Below are positions 36,673-46,640 of a DNA stretch of 64,000 nucleotides, piece after piece. The number at the start of each line of letters is the position of its first letter. The first letter of the stretch is position 1. The DNA comes from Candidatus Latescibacterota bacterium (GTDB lineage Bacteria > Latescibacterota > UBA2968 > UBA8231): positions 5,269 to 69,268 of the forward strand of contig CBDBIJ010000042.1 of NCBI GenBank assembly GCA_965205655.1. The letters run 5' to 3'. The position numbers and the translations under genes are program-made. Below the pieces are notes generated by a model, which ran no database searches, was not told where the DNA came from, and was given only the letters and a program-made list of their open reading frames with translations.

Positions 36673-38861
36673 TCGACCTGCAGCTCGTATTCTCCGCTCC
36701 GATGCACGACCAGGACGATGTAACCACTCTCCGCGATGGCGAGCCGAACGCTGGAATTGGGAATCATCTTCTCGTTGCGCCACACTGTTTCGCCGTTCAG
36801 ACTGACAGCGGGAAATCTGAGCCCGCACCGCGGCGCGCACAGATGGGTCTCGCCGGCGCCTTCGGTAGCTACAGACAATGTGAAGGCCTTGCCGTCGGAG
36901 TTGCGCGACCAGTCCACCACGACCCAGCCTCTCGGCGTCATGAGCCGTCCGGCGGCACCCGGTAGCTCCCGCGAAGGCGGCCTGACTTCGAGAACCCCGT
37001 ATCCCGGGCTCCCAGGCCTGATGCCGAGAATCCGCGAGCCGAGGTAGTACTCCGGTCCAGGCGCGGCCCCCTCATCGGCTCGGGCCGGGCTGACCTTGTC
37101 GCTCCATGACCAGCCATCCTTTTCTGCGATCCTGCGCCAGTGCATGGCGAGGCACTCCGTGGCGCGCTCCTCTGCGCCCGCCTGCCAGAGGCCTCCGAGC
37201 AGAAAAAAAGCGCGTCCGAGATCTCTGATAGGTTCGACATCATCGTCGCGCAAGCCGCTGACGATTCGTTGTCGCCGCGGCTCGTGCGCCAGATCGAAGT
37301 AGAGGACGAGGCCGTTCGTCCATTGGCTGAATTGTTCTGACGAACCGGCGCTATCCCGGAAGAGACCCCGATCCTGCGCCCATGCCTTCTCGATCTCGCC
37401 GTTGACGGCAGTGAGGTGGGTCTCGCAGGACGATGCCCTCGCCGCTTCACCCATCGTTCGAAAGATTCGGCTGCAGGCTCGCAGACACCCGGCCTTTTTC
37501 GCCAGCTGGACCGTCGGTGGCAGGTCGGCTGTGTCATCCTGGGCGATGGTTGCAAGGACGAGCTCCAGATCCGGCATTGACTCACCGAGCATCCGGTCGT
37601 CGCCCGAGTATTGATGATAGGCCTCGAGAAATAGGGGATAGGCAAGCGCGTTGACGAAGGCCTTCGCGGCCAGCTCGCTCGCGCGGGCCCGACGCAGCGT
37701 CGACCTCGCCGTCGACGCGTCCCCGGTCAATACATAGTCGTCCAACGCTACTGCCAGCCCCCCCATCCAGTCGAACGGAGCGGTTGGCGATGATGCGCAG
37801 TAGGTCTCGTGGCGGCACAGCTGCAGGCTCTGAAGCCCCGTTCGCCAGGTTTGTTCGAGCTCTGGCGGCCGCGTCATTGAGCCAGCAGTGGACACGATGG
37901 CCTGGCGAGTCACGAGCTCGAGGCGCTCCAGCTCCACCTCGGTCTCAAACTGACTCAGCCGCACAACCACGAAGCGGCCCCGGTGCATGTGAAGGCCCCA
38001 CCACTCCTGGCTTCCGGCGCGGCAGATGTATCTCGCGCGCGTCACCGCGCCGGCGAGTGTGCAGGCGAATCCCAGCTCGACGATCCCGCCCCGATCACCC
38101 GATCTCATGCGCAGGTGAGGGCTGCCGTCGACGATCCGTCCCAAGTCGACGACGATGACGACAGCCCGATCGGGTGACCTCGTCTGCACTATCGTGCGCG
38201 CTTTCCCCCCGTGAAGCAGCCCCTCCGGGTGAACGCACTTGCATGTGTTCAGCGCTTCTGCTGACGCCATACACTCCAGCGCCCCTTGGGCATCGATCTC
38301 GCCAGAGGTGACGAGCCTGGAGCCGCTCACCGCGACCTCTTCGACGTCGAGCGTACGCAATTCATCCGAGGGGATAGCTCTCACGTCGACGAGCGCCGCG
38401 GCGTCCCATTTCGACACTCCGTCTGCGGTTTGAAGAAAGCGCGGATCTTCAATCGCCGAGTGGGTTTCCAGAAGCCCCTGTGAAAACGTGGAGGGATTCG
38501 TCTCGGAGGCGCAGGCGCACCACGATTCATCTGTGGTCAATTCTGCTCCATCGCCGCCGAGCTGGCCGTGACACATGAACCAGGGGGGTGAATCTGCCCC
38601 TTCAGCCCGCGGCGTGGAAACGAGAACGATCAGCTCATGCTCCCCTGGCGATGTCTCGCTGATCTCGAATCGGTTCCACGATGAAGTTTCCTCCCATCCG
38701 GCAGCGAAGCCACGACCGAGCAGCTGGCCGTCGAGGCTGACCTCGAAGGAGCCACTCCCGCTGCAGCTGATCCATCCGTTCCCCGCAGAATGGAATGTCA
38801 GCAGTTTTCGCAGATAGACCCGCGGCAGGGCCGCGGCATGCCAGATCGGTTTCGGTTCCAC
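36669..38861 (-). CDS. Large cytoplasmic protein, alpha-L-rhamnosidase (GH78)-like six-hairpin glycosidase fold (tentative)
   Basis: N-terminal beta-sandwich-like region (FEVSLDGQLLGRGF...). Central helical region. C-terminal PGYGVLEVRP ... TPRGWVVVDWSRN...FTLSVATEGAGETHLCAP resembles the Bac_rhamnosid C-terminal strands. No signal peptide. Confidence 0.4.
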   Translation of the reverse strand: MEPKPIWHAAALPRVYLRKLLTFHSAGNGWISCSGSGSFEVSLDGQLLGRGFAAGWEETSSWNRFEISETSPGEHELIVLVSTPRAEGADSPPWFMCHGQLGGDGAELTTDESWCACASETNPSTFSQGLLETHSAIEDPRFLQTADGVSKWDAAALVDVRAIPSDELRTLDVEEVAVSGSRLVTSGEIDAQGALECMASAEALNTCKCVHPEGLLHGGKARTIVQTRSPDRAVVIVVDLGRIVDGSPHLRMRSGDRGGIVELGFACTLAGAVTRARYICRAGSQEWWGLHMHRGRFVVVRLSQFETEVELERLELVTRQAIVSTAGSMTRPPELEQTWRTGLQSLQLCRHETYCASSPTAPFDWMGGLAVALDDYVLTGDASTARSTLRRARASELAAKAFVNALAYPLFLEAYHQYSGDDRMLGESMPDLELVLATIAQDDTADLPPTVQLAKKAGCLRACSRIFRTMGEAARASSCETHLTAVNGEIEKAWAQDRGLFRDSAGSSEQFSQWTNGLVLYFDLAHEPRRQRIVSGLRDDDVEPIRDLGRAFFLLGGLWQAGAEERATECLAMHWRRIAEKDGWSWSDKVSPARADEGAAPGPEYYLGSRILGIRPGSPGYGVLEVRPPSRELPGAAGRLMTPRGWVVVDWSRNSDGKAFTLSVATEGAGETHLCAPRCGLRFPAVSLNGETVWRNEKMIPNSSVRLAIAESGYIVLVVHRSGEYELQVE

Positions 38862-38996
38862 GAGCCAGTCCCGGTTAGGTTCAGTGACGTCTATAAAGAA
38901 AAGTAGATAGACTGTGTTTGTCGCACGGCAATAGAAAGGCCCGATCCGAACGCGAGACGTCGAACCGGGCCTTGGCGATCTGCGAAAAAGTGTGGT

Positions 38997-40427
38997 CTAT
39001 CTCTTGGGCAGTTTGAGAGTGACGAACCTGGTGAATTTCTGGCGCGCGTCCAGGACCAGCATGAGCACCGTCCCTTCCGACTCCGCCAGAGCGTCCTCGT
39101 AGTCGGAGACTGATTCGATTTGTCGCCGGTTCACCTCGATGATGAGGTCGCCCCGATGCAACTTTGCCCGCGCCGCCCTGCTTCCACTCTCCACCTGGGC
39201 GACGATGACACCTCGCTCATCCTCGTATCCCAGTTTGTCTGCCAGCTCGGCCGTGAGCTCCTGAACTCGAAGACCGAGCTGCTCTGATTGCCTCTGGGGC
39301 TCTTCAGCCGCGAGTTCCCCTTCATCCAGAGCTGTTAGTGTGGCCTTGACTTTTCGTTCCTTTCCGTCCCGCCACACCCGCAGCTTCACTCCCGTACCCG
39401 GAGGACTATGGGCGATTTTGTTGCGCAGTTCGGCTGTGGAATTCGTCTTGGCACCGTCCACGTCGAGGACGATGTCGCCGACCTTCAATCCGGCCTTCTC
39501 AGCCGCGCTGTCCTCGCTTACGTCCCCGATGAGAACACCCCGAGGTTTGTCCAGTCCCATCGTCTTGGCGAGCGCGTCGTCGACCTCCTGGATGCGCACT
39601 CCCAGGAGCCCGCGCCGCACCTGCCCGTGCTCGATGAGCTGTTCCATGACGTTGCTGACGAGATTGATGGGAATGGCGAAGCCGATTCCGTCATAGCCGC
39701 CGCTTCGGCTGGCGATAGCCGTGTTGATGCCCACGAGCTGACCCCTCGTGTCGATGAGAGCCCCGCCGCTATTGCCAGGATTGATGGCCGCGTCGGTCTG
39801 GATGTACTCCTCGTATTCGGCCAGCCTCACGTGTCCCCTTCCAAGGGCGCTTACGACACCGGTCGTCACCGTGTGGAGTTGCCCGAAGGGACTCCCCACG
39901 GCCACGACGAGCTCGCCCACCGACAGTTGGTCAGAGTCTCCGAAGGGGATGGCCGTCAATTCGTCAGCATCGATCTTCAGCACTGCCAGGTCGGTGAGCG
40001 GATCTCGTCCCACGACCTCGGCCTCGAAGCTGCGCTTGTCCACCAGGTGGACGGTGATCCGGTCTGCCACGGAGTTGGCGCCTATCGTGATGACGTGGTT
40101 GTTTGTGAGGATGAAGCCCTCATTTGAGGCGATGACGCCGGACCCGAGGCCCTCTTGTATGCCCTTCCGAGGCTCACGGGGCATGCGGAAGAACGGGTGC
40201 CTCCCGAAAAAATCCTCAAAAGGGGTGCCAACGTAAGGATTGTTTCTGGCGCTGATCTCTCTCTCGGTTTCGATAGCCACCACCGCCGGTTTTACTTCAG
40301 CTGCCAAAGCCGCGAAGGCGTCGCTGAACTCCTGCAGAGGCCGGAGTTTGTCTGTCTCGATCCCCGACGCCCCGAGGCTCGAGCTCAACAGATAGACTGC
40401 CACAATTGGTGAAGAAACTCGCTTCAT
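38997..40427 (-). CDS. degP: Periplasmic serine endoprotease DegP/HtrA with two PDZ domains
   Basis: Catalytic triad context TNNHVI / DLAVLKI / GNSGGALID. Two PDZ-like regions. Signal peptide. Confidence 0.88.
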   Translation of the reverse strand: MKRVSSPIVAVYLLSSSLGASGIETDKLRPLQEFSDAFAALAAEVKPAVVAIETEREISARNNPYVGTPFEDFFGRHPFFRMPREPRKGIQEGLGSGVIASNEGFILTNNHVITIGANSVADRITVHLVDKRSFEAEVVGRDPLTDLAVLKIDADELTAIPFGDSDQLSVGELVVAVGSPFGQLHTVTTGVVSALGRGHVRLAEYEEYIQTDAAINPGNSGGALIDTRGQLVGINTAIASRSGGYDGIGFAIPINLVSNVMEQLIEHGQVRRGLLGVRIQEVDDALAKTMGLDKPRGVLIGDVSEDSAAEKAGLKVGDIVLDVDGAKTNSTAELRNKIAHSPPGTGVKLRVWRDGKERKVKATLTALDEGELAAEEPQRQSEQLGLRVQELTAELADKLGYEDERGVIVAQVESGSRAARAKLHRGDLIIEVNRRQIESVSDYEDALAESEGTVLMLVLDARQKFTRFVTLKLPKR

Positions 40428-41248
40428 CTCCCAATCTCTCCAGTCGATCGAATGTGTAACAATGCGCTCCCTAGGACGAGGGGCGGCGGTTCAGGTTCCC
40501 CCCTTTCGCCGTCGAATTGACCGCGCGAGCACGCCTCCACTGTGCGGCCTTTCGCATCATCGAGGCTGCCACAAAAAAAGCCCCTCCCCGAGGGGAGGGG
40601 CCTCTCTTTCTTGGGGCGTTTCAGCTCTGCCGTCCGGCGAGCTTTGAGAGTCAATCCTACACGACCAGCAACTGCTCCCCCTTCTTCCTCGGTTTCCTCA
40701 ACGGCTTCGGGGTCGATGAGGGCGCCTTGCTGCTCTTCGCCGAAGTCGTCGATTCCCTTCATGACGAGGTCGAAGGTCTCGTCGATTCCAGCCGACATTT
40801 CCGGCGAGATGTCGCCGATTCCCGACAGGATGCTGAGAGCACCCTCGAATCCGGTCTTGACGGCATCTTTTATGAGCGACGTGAATCCTTCGATCTGGAG
40901 ACCCCCCTTCTCGCCCTGATGGTTCAGCTGGAAGGCGCCGAAGAAACCCACCGAGAAGTCGACGATCCGCTTGGCGGTCGCCTCGGGGGAGAAATCCATC
41001 CCGCTCGACATCAGCGACTGGACGTTTGTGTCCATGCCCGCTGTCTCGAAGGCCCCGTTGAGCCTATCGGTGAGCGAGGTATTCAGGACCTTCTGGACGT
41101 AGGTGACATCGATCTGCGTTCCCACGCTGAGAAGGACGCTTGCTGTGGCGTTCCCGTCCTGGGAGGCGACTTGAGTCGCCTTGATTTGAGTCTGGGTGAT
41201 GCTGATGGACGCGATGAGGCTCTGGCTCTGAGCAGACCCGACTTCCAT
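40424..41248 (-). CDS. DUF5610-like protein; annotated ORF probably over-extended at its 3' end
   Basis: The N-terminal ~190 aa contain SPEATAKRIVDFSVGFFGAF... (DUF5610-like). The last ~75 codons run through a strong intrinsic terminator (40573-40601). Dropping one C from the C5 run at 40677-40681 gives ...EEGEQLLVV-stop at 40657-40659. Confidence 0.5.
   Translation of the reverse strand: MEVGSAQSQSLIASISITQTQIKATQVASQDGNATASVLLSVGTQIDVTYVQKVLNTSLTDRLNGAFETAGMDTNVQSLMSSGMDFSPEATAKRIVDFSVGFFGAFQLNHQGEKGGLQIEGFTSLIKDAVKTGFEGALSILSGIGDISPEMSAGIDETFDLVMKGIDDFGEEQQGALIDPEAVEETEEEGGAVAGRVGLTLKARRTAELKRPKKERPLPSGRGFFCGSLDDAKGRTVEACSRGQFDGERGEPEPPPLVLGSALLHIRSTGEIGR
40573..40601 (-). terminator. Strong rho-independent terminator (minus strand)
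   Basis: The minus strand reads GCCCCTCCCCtcggGGAGGGGC followed by TTTTTTT: a 9-bp GC stem, a 4-nt loop and a T7 tail. Confidence 0.75.
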
Positions 41249-41407
41249 GGTATCCTCCTTGAGGGTAAAAAAAGTAATACACGCCTACTCAATTCATCGG
41301 CGGCGCCTGGAAATCCTTCAGTGGTTTTTCACCCACTCGCGTCGGCACAAAAAAGGGGGGCTGAATCTAAGTCCAGCCCCCACCTGCGGATACTCAAGAC
41401 CGCTGCC

Positions 41408-42808
41408 CTATACCCTCTTTATCTGGAACCTGAAAAGGTTGATTGAGTAGCCGAAACCCTGCGATAATCCAGGCAGGAATCCACCTCTATTGGCTATTCC
41501 GGTCTCCAGCAGATTCAGCTGCACTCTTCCCAACGTGAACGGCCCGAAGGCAAAGCCCACAGCGGACGTCTGACCGGAGCGTCCCCCTACAGATAAACCG
41601 AATCTGAAGGGGAACCAGTTGACCAGGCGGTACTCAGCCGCCGCCGCGATGTGAGGCGTCGTCGATATCCCGAACCCGCTGCTGAATGCCTGGTCGTAGT
41701 TCCCACTTAATGTCAGGCGTGGCATGAGCTCATGGGCGACGCCGACTCTCAGCATCGCCGGTAGAGAGCGGGAGAAACTGCTGATGTCGATTTCTTCGTG
41801 GAACACCTTTTTGCCGTTTTCATCCACCGGATTCTTGGTAACATCCTCCAAGTCCTTGAGGCCCGAGAAGCTCAAGGCGTTCACGTCCTCAGCCGACACG
41901 AACACGGAGTCCTGTTGGGTGCGGATGCTCCAGCTCATGGTGTCGAGGAAGTTCATCAAGGCGATACTTCCTGTAGTCTTGCCGTTCTTGGTGACGCCCG
42001 CTACCCCGAAATCAAGTCCGAAACCGATGCCAAGACCAAACCGAGACACGCCATACGCGTCGATATCGGCGCCGCTTCTCCTAGTGATAAAACCTCCGTC
42101 CGAGCGAATCACTTCGCCGAAGCCGCCGCCCAACACTTTGAGCGTTGTGCCGACGGTGAACTGGCTCATGTGAGGACTGAGCTGAGTCGGCATCCAGGGC
42201 TTAGCAAAACCCCAGCTGAAGACGCCGAGCCCCCAGCCTTCGCCGTCCCATTCGGCGATGTCGTAGTTCGGGTCCCGTCCTTGCTCGATTCGAACCTGCT
42301 CGAAGTCGTTGCCGCGCATGAGGAACTCGATCATGTCTCTGGGAATCTTGCCCTCGACGCCACCCTGTGCATCTATGGCGATGGCGCTGCTCAGACCCCA
42401 CGGCAGCGGGAAGGTGAATCCCCCTACCAGTGGGAGAAACAGGCCGATGTCGGTGTTGAACTTGAGACCGCCCTGCTTGAGATCACCGAGCAGGCCGTCT
42501 TTGGCTGCATCGTCGATGAACTCGCCGTTGTGATAGTTGTAGTCGGCGACGGACCAGCTGTTGTTTTCGAGCACGATGCTGATTCCGAGACTCAGCGGCA
42601 AAGAGATCTTTGGGCTGTCTTTCAGCGCCAGGTTCGCGGGATTCCAGTAGAGCGCTTCGGCCCCCCGCGCCATAGCGCCGTAGCTACCCGCCATACCCAT
42701 GGCCCGGGGCTGGGTGTCTCCGTATCCGGTAGCCTCGACCTGACTCGTAAATAGCGCGAAGGCCGTCATTGCGGCCAGCAGAGAGTGCAATCTGATCGTC
42801 GTATTCAT
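41408..42808 (-). CDS. Outer-membrane beta-barrel protein, FadL/PorV-like family (paralog-type of 11208..12524)
   Basis: Signal peptide. AMGMAGSYGAMARGAEALYWNPANLA motif. Long alternating strand pattern. Sits 16 nt downstream of the 749-aa lipoprotein gene. Confidence 0.6.
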   Translation of the reverse strand: MNTTIRLHSLLAAMTAFALFTSQVEATGYGDTQPRAMGMAGSYGAMARGAEALYWNPANLALKDSPKISLPLSLGISIVLENNSWSVADYNYHNGEFIDDAAKDGLLGDLKQGGLKFNTDIGLFLPLVGGFTFPLPWGLSSAIAIDAQGGVEGKIPRDMIEFLMRGNDFEQVRIEQGRDPNYDIAEWDGEGWGLGVFSWGFAKPWMPTQLSPHMSQFTVGTTLKVLGGGFGEVIRSDGGFITRRSGADIDAYGVSRFGLGIGFGLDFGVAGVTKNGKTTGSIALMNFLDTMSWSIRTQQDSVFVSAEDVNALSFSGLKDLEDVTKNPVDENGKKVFHEEIDISSFSRSLPAMLRVGVAHELMPRLTLSGNYDQAFSSGFGISTTPHIAAAAEYRLVNWFPFRFGLSVGGRSGQTSAVGFAFGPFTLGRVQLNLLETGIANRGGFLPGLSQGFGYSINLFRFQIKRV

Positions 42809-42823
42809 CGTTGCCCTTCTCCC

Positions 42824-45073
42824 TTAGTCGAGGAGGTCCGAGTTGAGCAGCAGCTCGACGCCCATTCCCGCGATGATGTTGATGAAGTTGTCCGCACGTA
42901 TCTCCACCTCTCCCTGTGTCTGCGGCAAAGTCACCCGGACTCCGGAAAACAGTTTCGCATGGTCGTCGTCTTCCCTTGCGGGGTCGTCGTCTTCAAGGAT
43001 TAACGCCACAACCTCGTCTGCCGTCAGCTCTATCGTTATCTCCGTCGTCTCGATCCCATCGGAGAAGCCCGTCTCCGGATCGACCGGTGCCGCCTTTGCC
43101 TGAAACGGCGGCTCCGGGTAATCAGCTGCGTCCTCCCCGGAGAAGCGAGCTATCCGTCTCGGAATGGTGATGACGTGGTCGCCACTCGTGGTGTCGAATA
43201 CGGCCGCTCGCGTCCTGCCGACGAACAGCCTGACGCCGACACCGAGGGGAATGCTGTTCTCGAGGGTAGCGGTCACCGACCCGCTCACGAAGTTGGATCG
43301 TATTTTTCGCCTCGCCTCGGAATCGCGGAACGTGATGTCCTTTATGCTCTCCTCCGGGTCCATCTGGGTGTCAGCCGTGATAGAGAGTCTCGGCTCGGTA
43401 TCGAAAACGACTCGGTCGAGAGTCACCGAATGACTCGAGTCGATAATACCTGGAGTGACGCCGTCGCCGACGACAACCCTGGCGTTGATCACTATTTCAC
43501 TGGGCAGGAAGTTCAGAAAGTCGGTGAGGGCGACCGGTGAGACCGTCAATGTGTCGGAGACCGGAAAATCCGGGTCTCCGCGTTTGAACGTCTCCCGTAT
43601 CGGCAGAAGAGGGGCCGGCTCGCCGGCTGTGTTTGTCCCGGTAATGTCCAGCTCCACCTCGGCTTGAAAGCCGATGGCGCTGGTGACGTGCACTTCGAGG
43701 CTGGTCGTCGCGATGTTGATGTTGTCGAGGCCTGCCGGTATTTCCACAGTCTGCCGCTGCTCGGGAATGTCGAGTGACACCTGGTCGAGGCGACCCTCCA
43801 AGCGGCTGAACACGAGCGGGCTCACGACGACATTGACTGCAAGCGCCTGGTCTGATGAAATGGTCTCGACCTGGTCCGATTCGGACGTCGTGGCCACGTA
43901 GGCTACCCGCAGTTGGTCCGGATCATCGGGGTTTCTTCCTCGCGGCTGAACGAACGACGCGTTGCCCAAAGGAAACGTTACCGGCTGGGACGTGCTGCGG
44001 GGGTCGAGAGGAATCTCGAAATCGACCGGCTGACCGGTGTCCCTGTCAACTAGATTCAGCACCGACAGCTTCACGTTGACGATCAGCGGAATCTGGTTGT
44101 CGATGGTGATTTCGATCTCACCCTGCGAGATCGCCGCCGAATCCACCTTCACGTCCGACTCCGGAAAGTTGACGATCTGGGGCTCTTCAGGGGCGAACGC
44201 CTGCTGCGGAATCTTGCCACTCACCGAGGAAACCTCGAGCGGATCTAGGCTCGCCACGATCACCAGTCTGGGATCATCGCCGATGGTGACCGCTCCGTCG
44301 TCTCCTGTGATGATGCTGACCTTGAAGGCGAGACTTCCACTGATCGACTCCCCGTCCAGCGACAGGCGACCACTATCTGTGCCGCCGTTCCCGGAGACAT
44401 CTTGAATGGTGATAGACTCACCAACGTCTCTGCCTCTGCCGCTGTCGCGCAGAGTTACCTGGAGCCTCGACAGAGGTATCGGTAGCCCGTTTGTGACGGA
44501 GATATCGATTCCCCCCCGCTGGATGACCACCTCGTCGATGTTTTCGAGGTCGAATCCGACCGGGGGTAGCGACACGTCCACCGCCGTAGGGAGCGCTTCC
44601 GGGATCTCCGCACCGGGTTCCAGGTCGATCTGGATCTCCACACCGCCTCCCGCGTCGATTGAGGTGGGTAACCCCAGGTCCTCCAGAGCTATTTCGACCG
44701 GCGGCAGCGGTGCACCCGGAAGTTTGATTGTCCCGATCGGCGTCGGCGGCAGCTCCTGTTCCGTCGCAGGAGTCGCCAAGTTGTCGCCTACCTTCGCGGT
44801 GCCGAGCACCTCGTCGGGGTTCTCAGGTACCGTCAGGTGGAGTGCCATACCCCCGGTCTGTTCGTCGATCTCCAGGAAGCTGGAGCGACCGGCGACCACC
44901 TCCCTGATGGTCTTATTGTCGTTAGCGACTGGAATGTTGATAACAAAATTCGTGCTCGGTGCGGCGGGTCGGGATACGGCGCAGCCATCGACGAGAATGG
45001 CGACGACTCCCACGCCGATCCCCCCCGTGACTGCAGCCACTGCCATAGATAAACCAGGTCGGATTTGCCTCAT
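42824..45073 (-). CDS. Large hypothetical lipoprotein (749 aa) with internally repeated modules
   Basis: Lipobox ILVDGC. A motif recurs three times: GGIDISVTNGLPIPLSRLQVTL / GEIEITIDNQIPLIVNVKLSVL / GSVTATLENSIPLGVGVRLFV. No domain I can name. Confidence 0.55.
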   Translation of the reverse strand: MRQIRPGLSMAVAAVTGGIGVGVVAILVDGCAVSRPAAPSTNFVINIPVANDNKTIREVVAGRSSFLEIDEQTGGMALHLTVPENPDEVLGTAKVGDNLATPATEQELPPTPIGTIKLPGAPLPPVEIALEDLGLPTSIDAGGGVEIQIDLEPGAEIPEALPTAVDVSLPPVGFDLENIDEVVIQRGGIDISVTNGLPIPLSRLQVTLRDSGRGRDVGESITIQDVSGNGGTDSGRLSLDGESISGSLAFKVSIITGDDGAVTIGDDPRLVIVASLDPLEVSSVSGKIPQQAFAPEEPQIVNFPESDVKVDSAAISQGEIEITIDNQIPLIVNVKLSVLNLVDRDTGQPVDFEIPLDPRSTSQPVTFPLGNASFVQPRGRNPDDPDQLRVAYVATTSESDQVETISSDQALAVNVVVSPLVFSRLEGRLDQVSLDIPEQRQTVEIPAGLDNINIATTSLEVHVTSAIGFQAEVELDITGTNTAGEPAPLLPIRETFKRGDPDFPVSDTLTVSPVALTDFLNFLPSEIVINARVVVGDGVTPGIIDSSHSVTLDRVVFDTEPRLSITADTQMDPEESIKDITFRDSEARRKIRSNFVSGSVTATLENSIPLGVGVRLFVGRTRAAVFDTTSGDHVITIPRRIARFSGEDAADYPEPPFQAKAAPVDPETGFSDGIETTEITIELTADEVVALILEDDDPAREDDDHAKLFSGVRVTLPQTQGEVEIRADNFINIIAGMGVELLLNSDLLD

Positions 45074-45212
45074 CGCGCTGCGAAACCTCCTGTTAGCCTG
45101 AATTATTCATAAAAATGCGGTGACCTCTTGTACAACTGGTTGTTTCGCCCTAAGTTAGGGTTGGACACAAACAACAACCATTTGAGAGGACACCGCGATG
45201 GAAAGTTCGCAG

Positions 45213-46640
45213 CGCTTTGTCCCGATCTTAGTTGAAACAGCACAGGCTCCAATCGTTACGTTTTGATACGAGAAGCCCGTTGGAAGAAGTCTCGCATCGG
45301 TAACAAAAGGAGCCTGCAATGAGCAAGCTAGTAGCACGGAAGAAGGGCGTCAAACGAACGGTGAGCATCGGCAAGGTAGCACCCGAGACTGCAGAGCAAG
45401 TAGAGGACCTGGATGGCCGGATCGAGGCGATCCAATGGCTGATTCCCTTGGGGCTGCAGGCGGTCGCGGAGGAGCTGCAAAGAGCGGTCGTTGAGTTGGC
45501 TGGGCCGCGGTATCAGCGCAAGGGGTCGGATCAGCCGTTACGCCGCTGGGGGTCTCAGCTCGGGTCGGTGTACCTGGCCGACCAGAAACTACCCGTCGAT
45601 GTGCCGCGGGTGCGCAACGTGGCCAACCATACCGAGGTCCCGCTGGATGTTTACCAGGCACTGCAGACGCCTCGACAGATGGACGAAGGTCTGCTGTTGC
45701 GGATGCTGAAGGGCATCGCCACGCGCAACTACGAGGCCTGCGCTGAGGCCGTACCCGAGGCCTTTGGTCTGTCATCCTCATCGGTGTCCCGTCATTACGT
45801 GAAAGGCACGGCTCGAAAGCTGGCTGAATTCCAGGAGCGATCCCTGGAAGGATATGATCTGGTGGCGCTATTCCTCGACGGCAAGAGCTTCGCGGACGAG
45901 GAGATCATCATCGCCCTGGGCGTCACCCTCGACGGACAGAAGATTCCTCTTGGCTTCGTGCAGGCGGCCACGGAAAACGAGCGCGTCTGCCGTCGCTTCC
46001 TGTCCGATCTGGTCGAACGCGGTATGCAGTACGAAGCCGGACTGTTGGTCGTCATCGACGGCGCCAAGGGGCTTTACAAGGCGGTGATGTCGGTGCTCAA
46101 AGGACATGCCTGCGTGCAGCGCTGCCAGTATCACAAGCGCCAGAACGTCGTGTCGTATCTGTCCAAAAGCGAGCAGTCCGGTATGGGTCGCAAGATGGAG
46201 GCGGCCTACGGCAAACCGAGATACGAGGCGGCCAAGGCGGCACTGGACGCGCTCAAACCGGGCTTGAAGTTGATGAATCAGTCCGCCCTACACAGCCTCG
46301 AGGAAGGCATGGAAGAGACCCTCACGCTCCATCGGTTGGGACTGACGCCGATGCTCAAGGATTCCTTCCGCACCACCAACTGCATCGAGAACGTCAACAG
46401 TCTCCTGGAGCAGCTCACACACAACGTGCGACGCTGGACCAACTCATCACAGCGTCACCGTTGGGTAGCCACGGCACTGCTCGACATCGAACCACGTCTG
46501 CGCAGGGTCAAGGGCTATCGCCATCTGCCGATGCTCCGGCAAGCCATACAAGCCGAACTCGGCATCAAACAGCTCGCGATGATGGGCTGACACACTCACC
46601 CGAGCCTGTGATTTGTTTCAACTGAAACTGGGCCTTGACC
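45213..46640 (+). mobile_element. IS256-family insertion sequence (copy 2, different subgroup), 1428 bp, nested in the IS1380 element
   Basis: Perfect 8-bp direct repeat GTTCGCAG at 45205-45212 and 46641-46648. Imperfect terminal IRs contain agttgaaaca(g/aat)cacaggctc. Confidence 0.85.
45319..46590 (+). CDS. IS256/Mutator-family transposase (intact)
   Basis: Transposase_mut hallmarks (LVVIDGAKGLYKAV...VQRCQYHKRQNV...TTNCIENVNSLLE). GGAG RBS upstream. Confidence 0.88.
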   Translation: MSKLVARKKGVKRTVSIGKVAPETAEQVEDLDGRIEAIQWLIPLGLQAVAEELQRAVVELAGPRYQRKGSDQPLRRWGSQLGSVYLADQKLPVDVPRVRNVANHTEVPLDVYQALQTPRQMDEGLLLRMLKGIATRNYEACAEAVPEAFGLSSSSVSRHYVKGTARKLAEFQERSLEGYDLVALFLDGKSFADEEIIIALGVTLDGQKIPLGFVQAATENERVCRRFLSDLVERGMQYEAGLLVVIDGAKGLYKAVMSVLKGHACVQRCQYHKRQNVVSYLSKSEQSGMGRKMEAAYGKPRYEAAKAALDALKPGLKLMNQSALHSLEEGMEETLTLHRLGLTPMLKDSFRTTNCIENVNSLLEQLTHNVRRWTNSSQRHRWVATALLDIEPRLRRVKGYRHLPMLRQAIQAELGIKQLAMMG

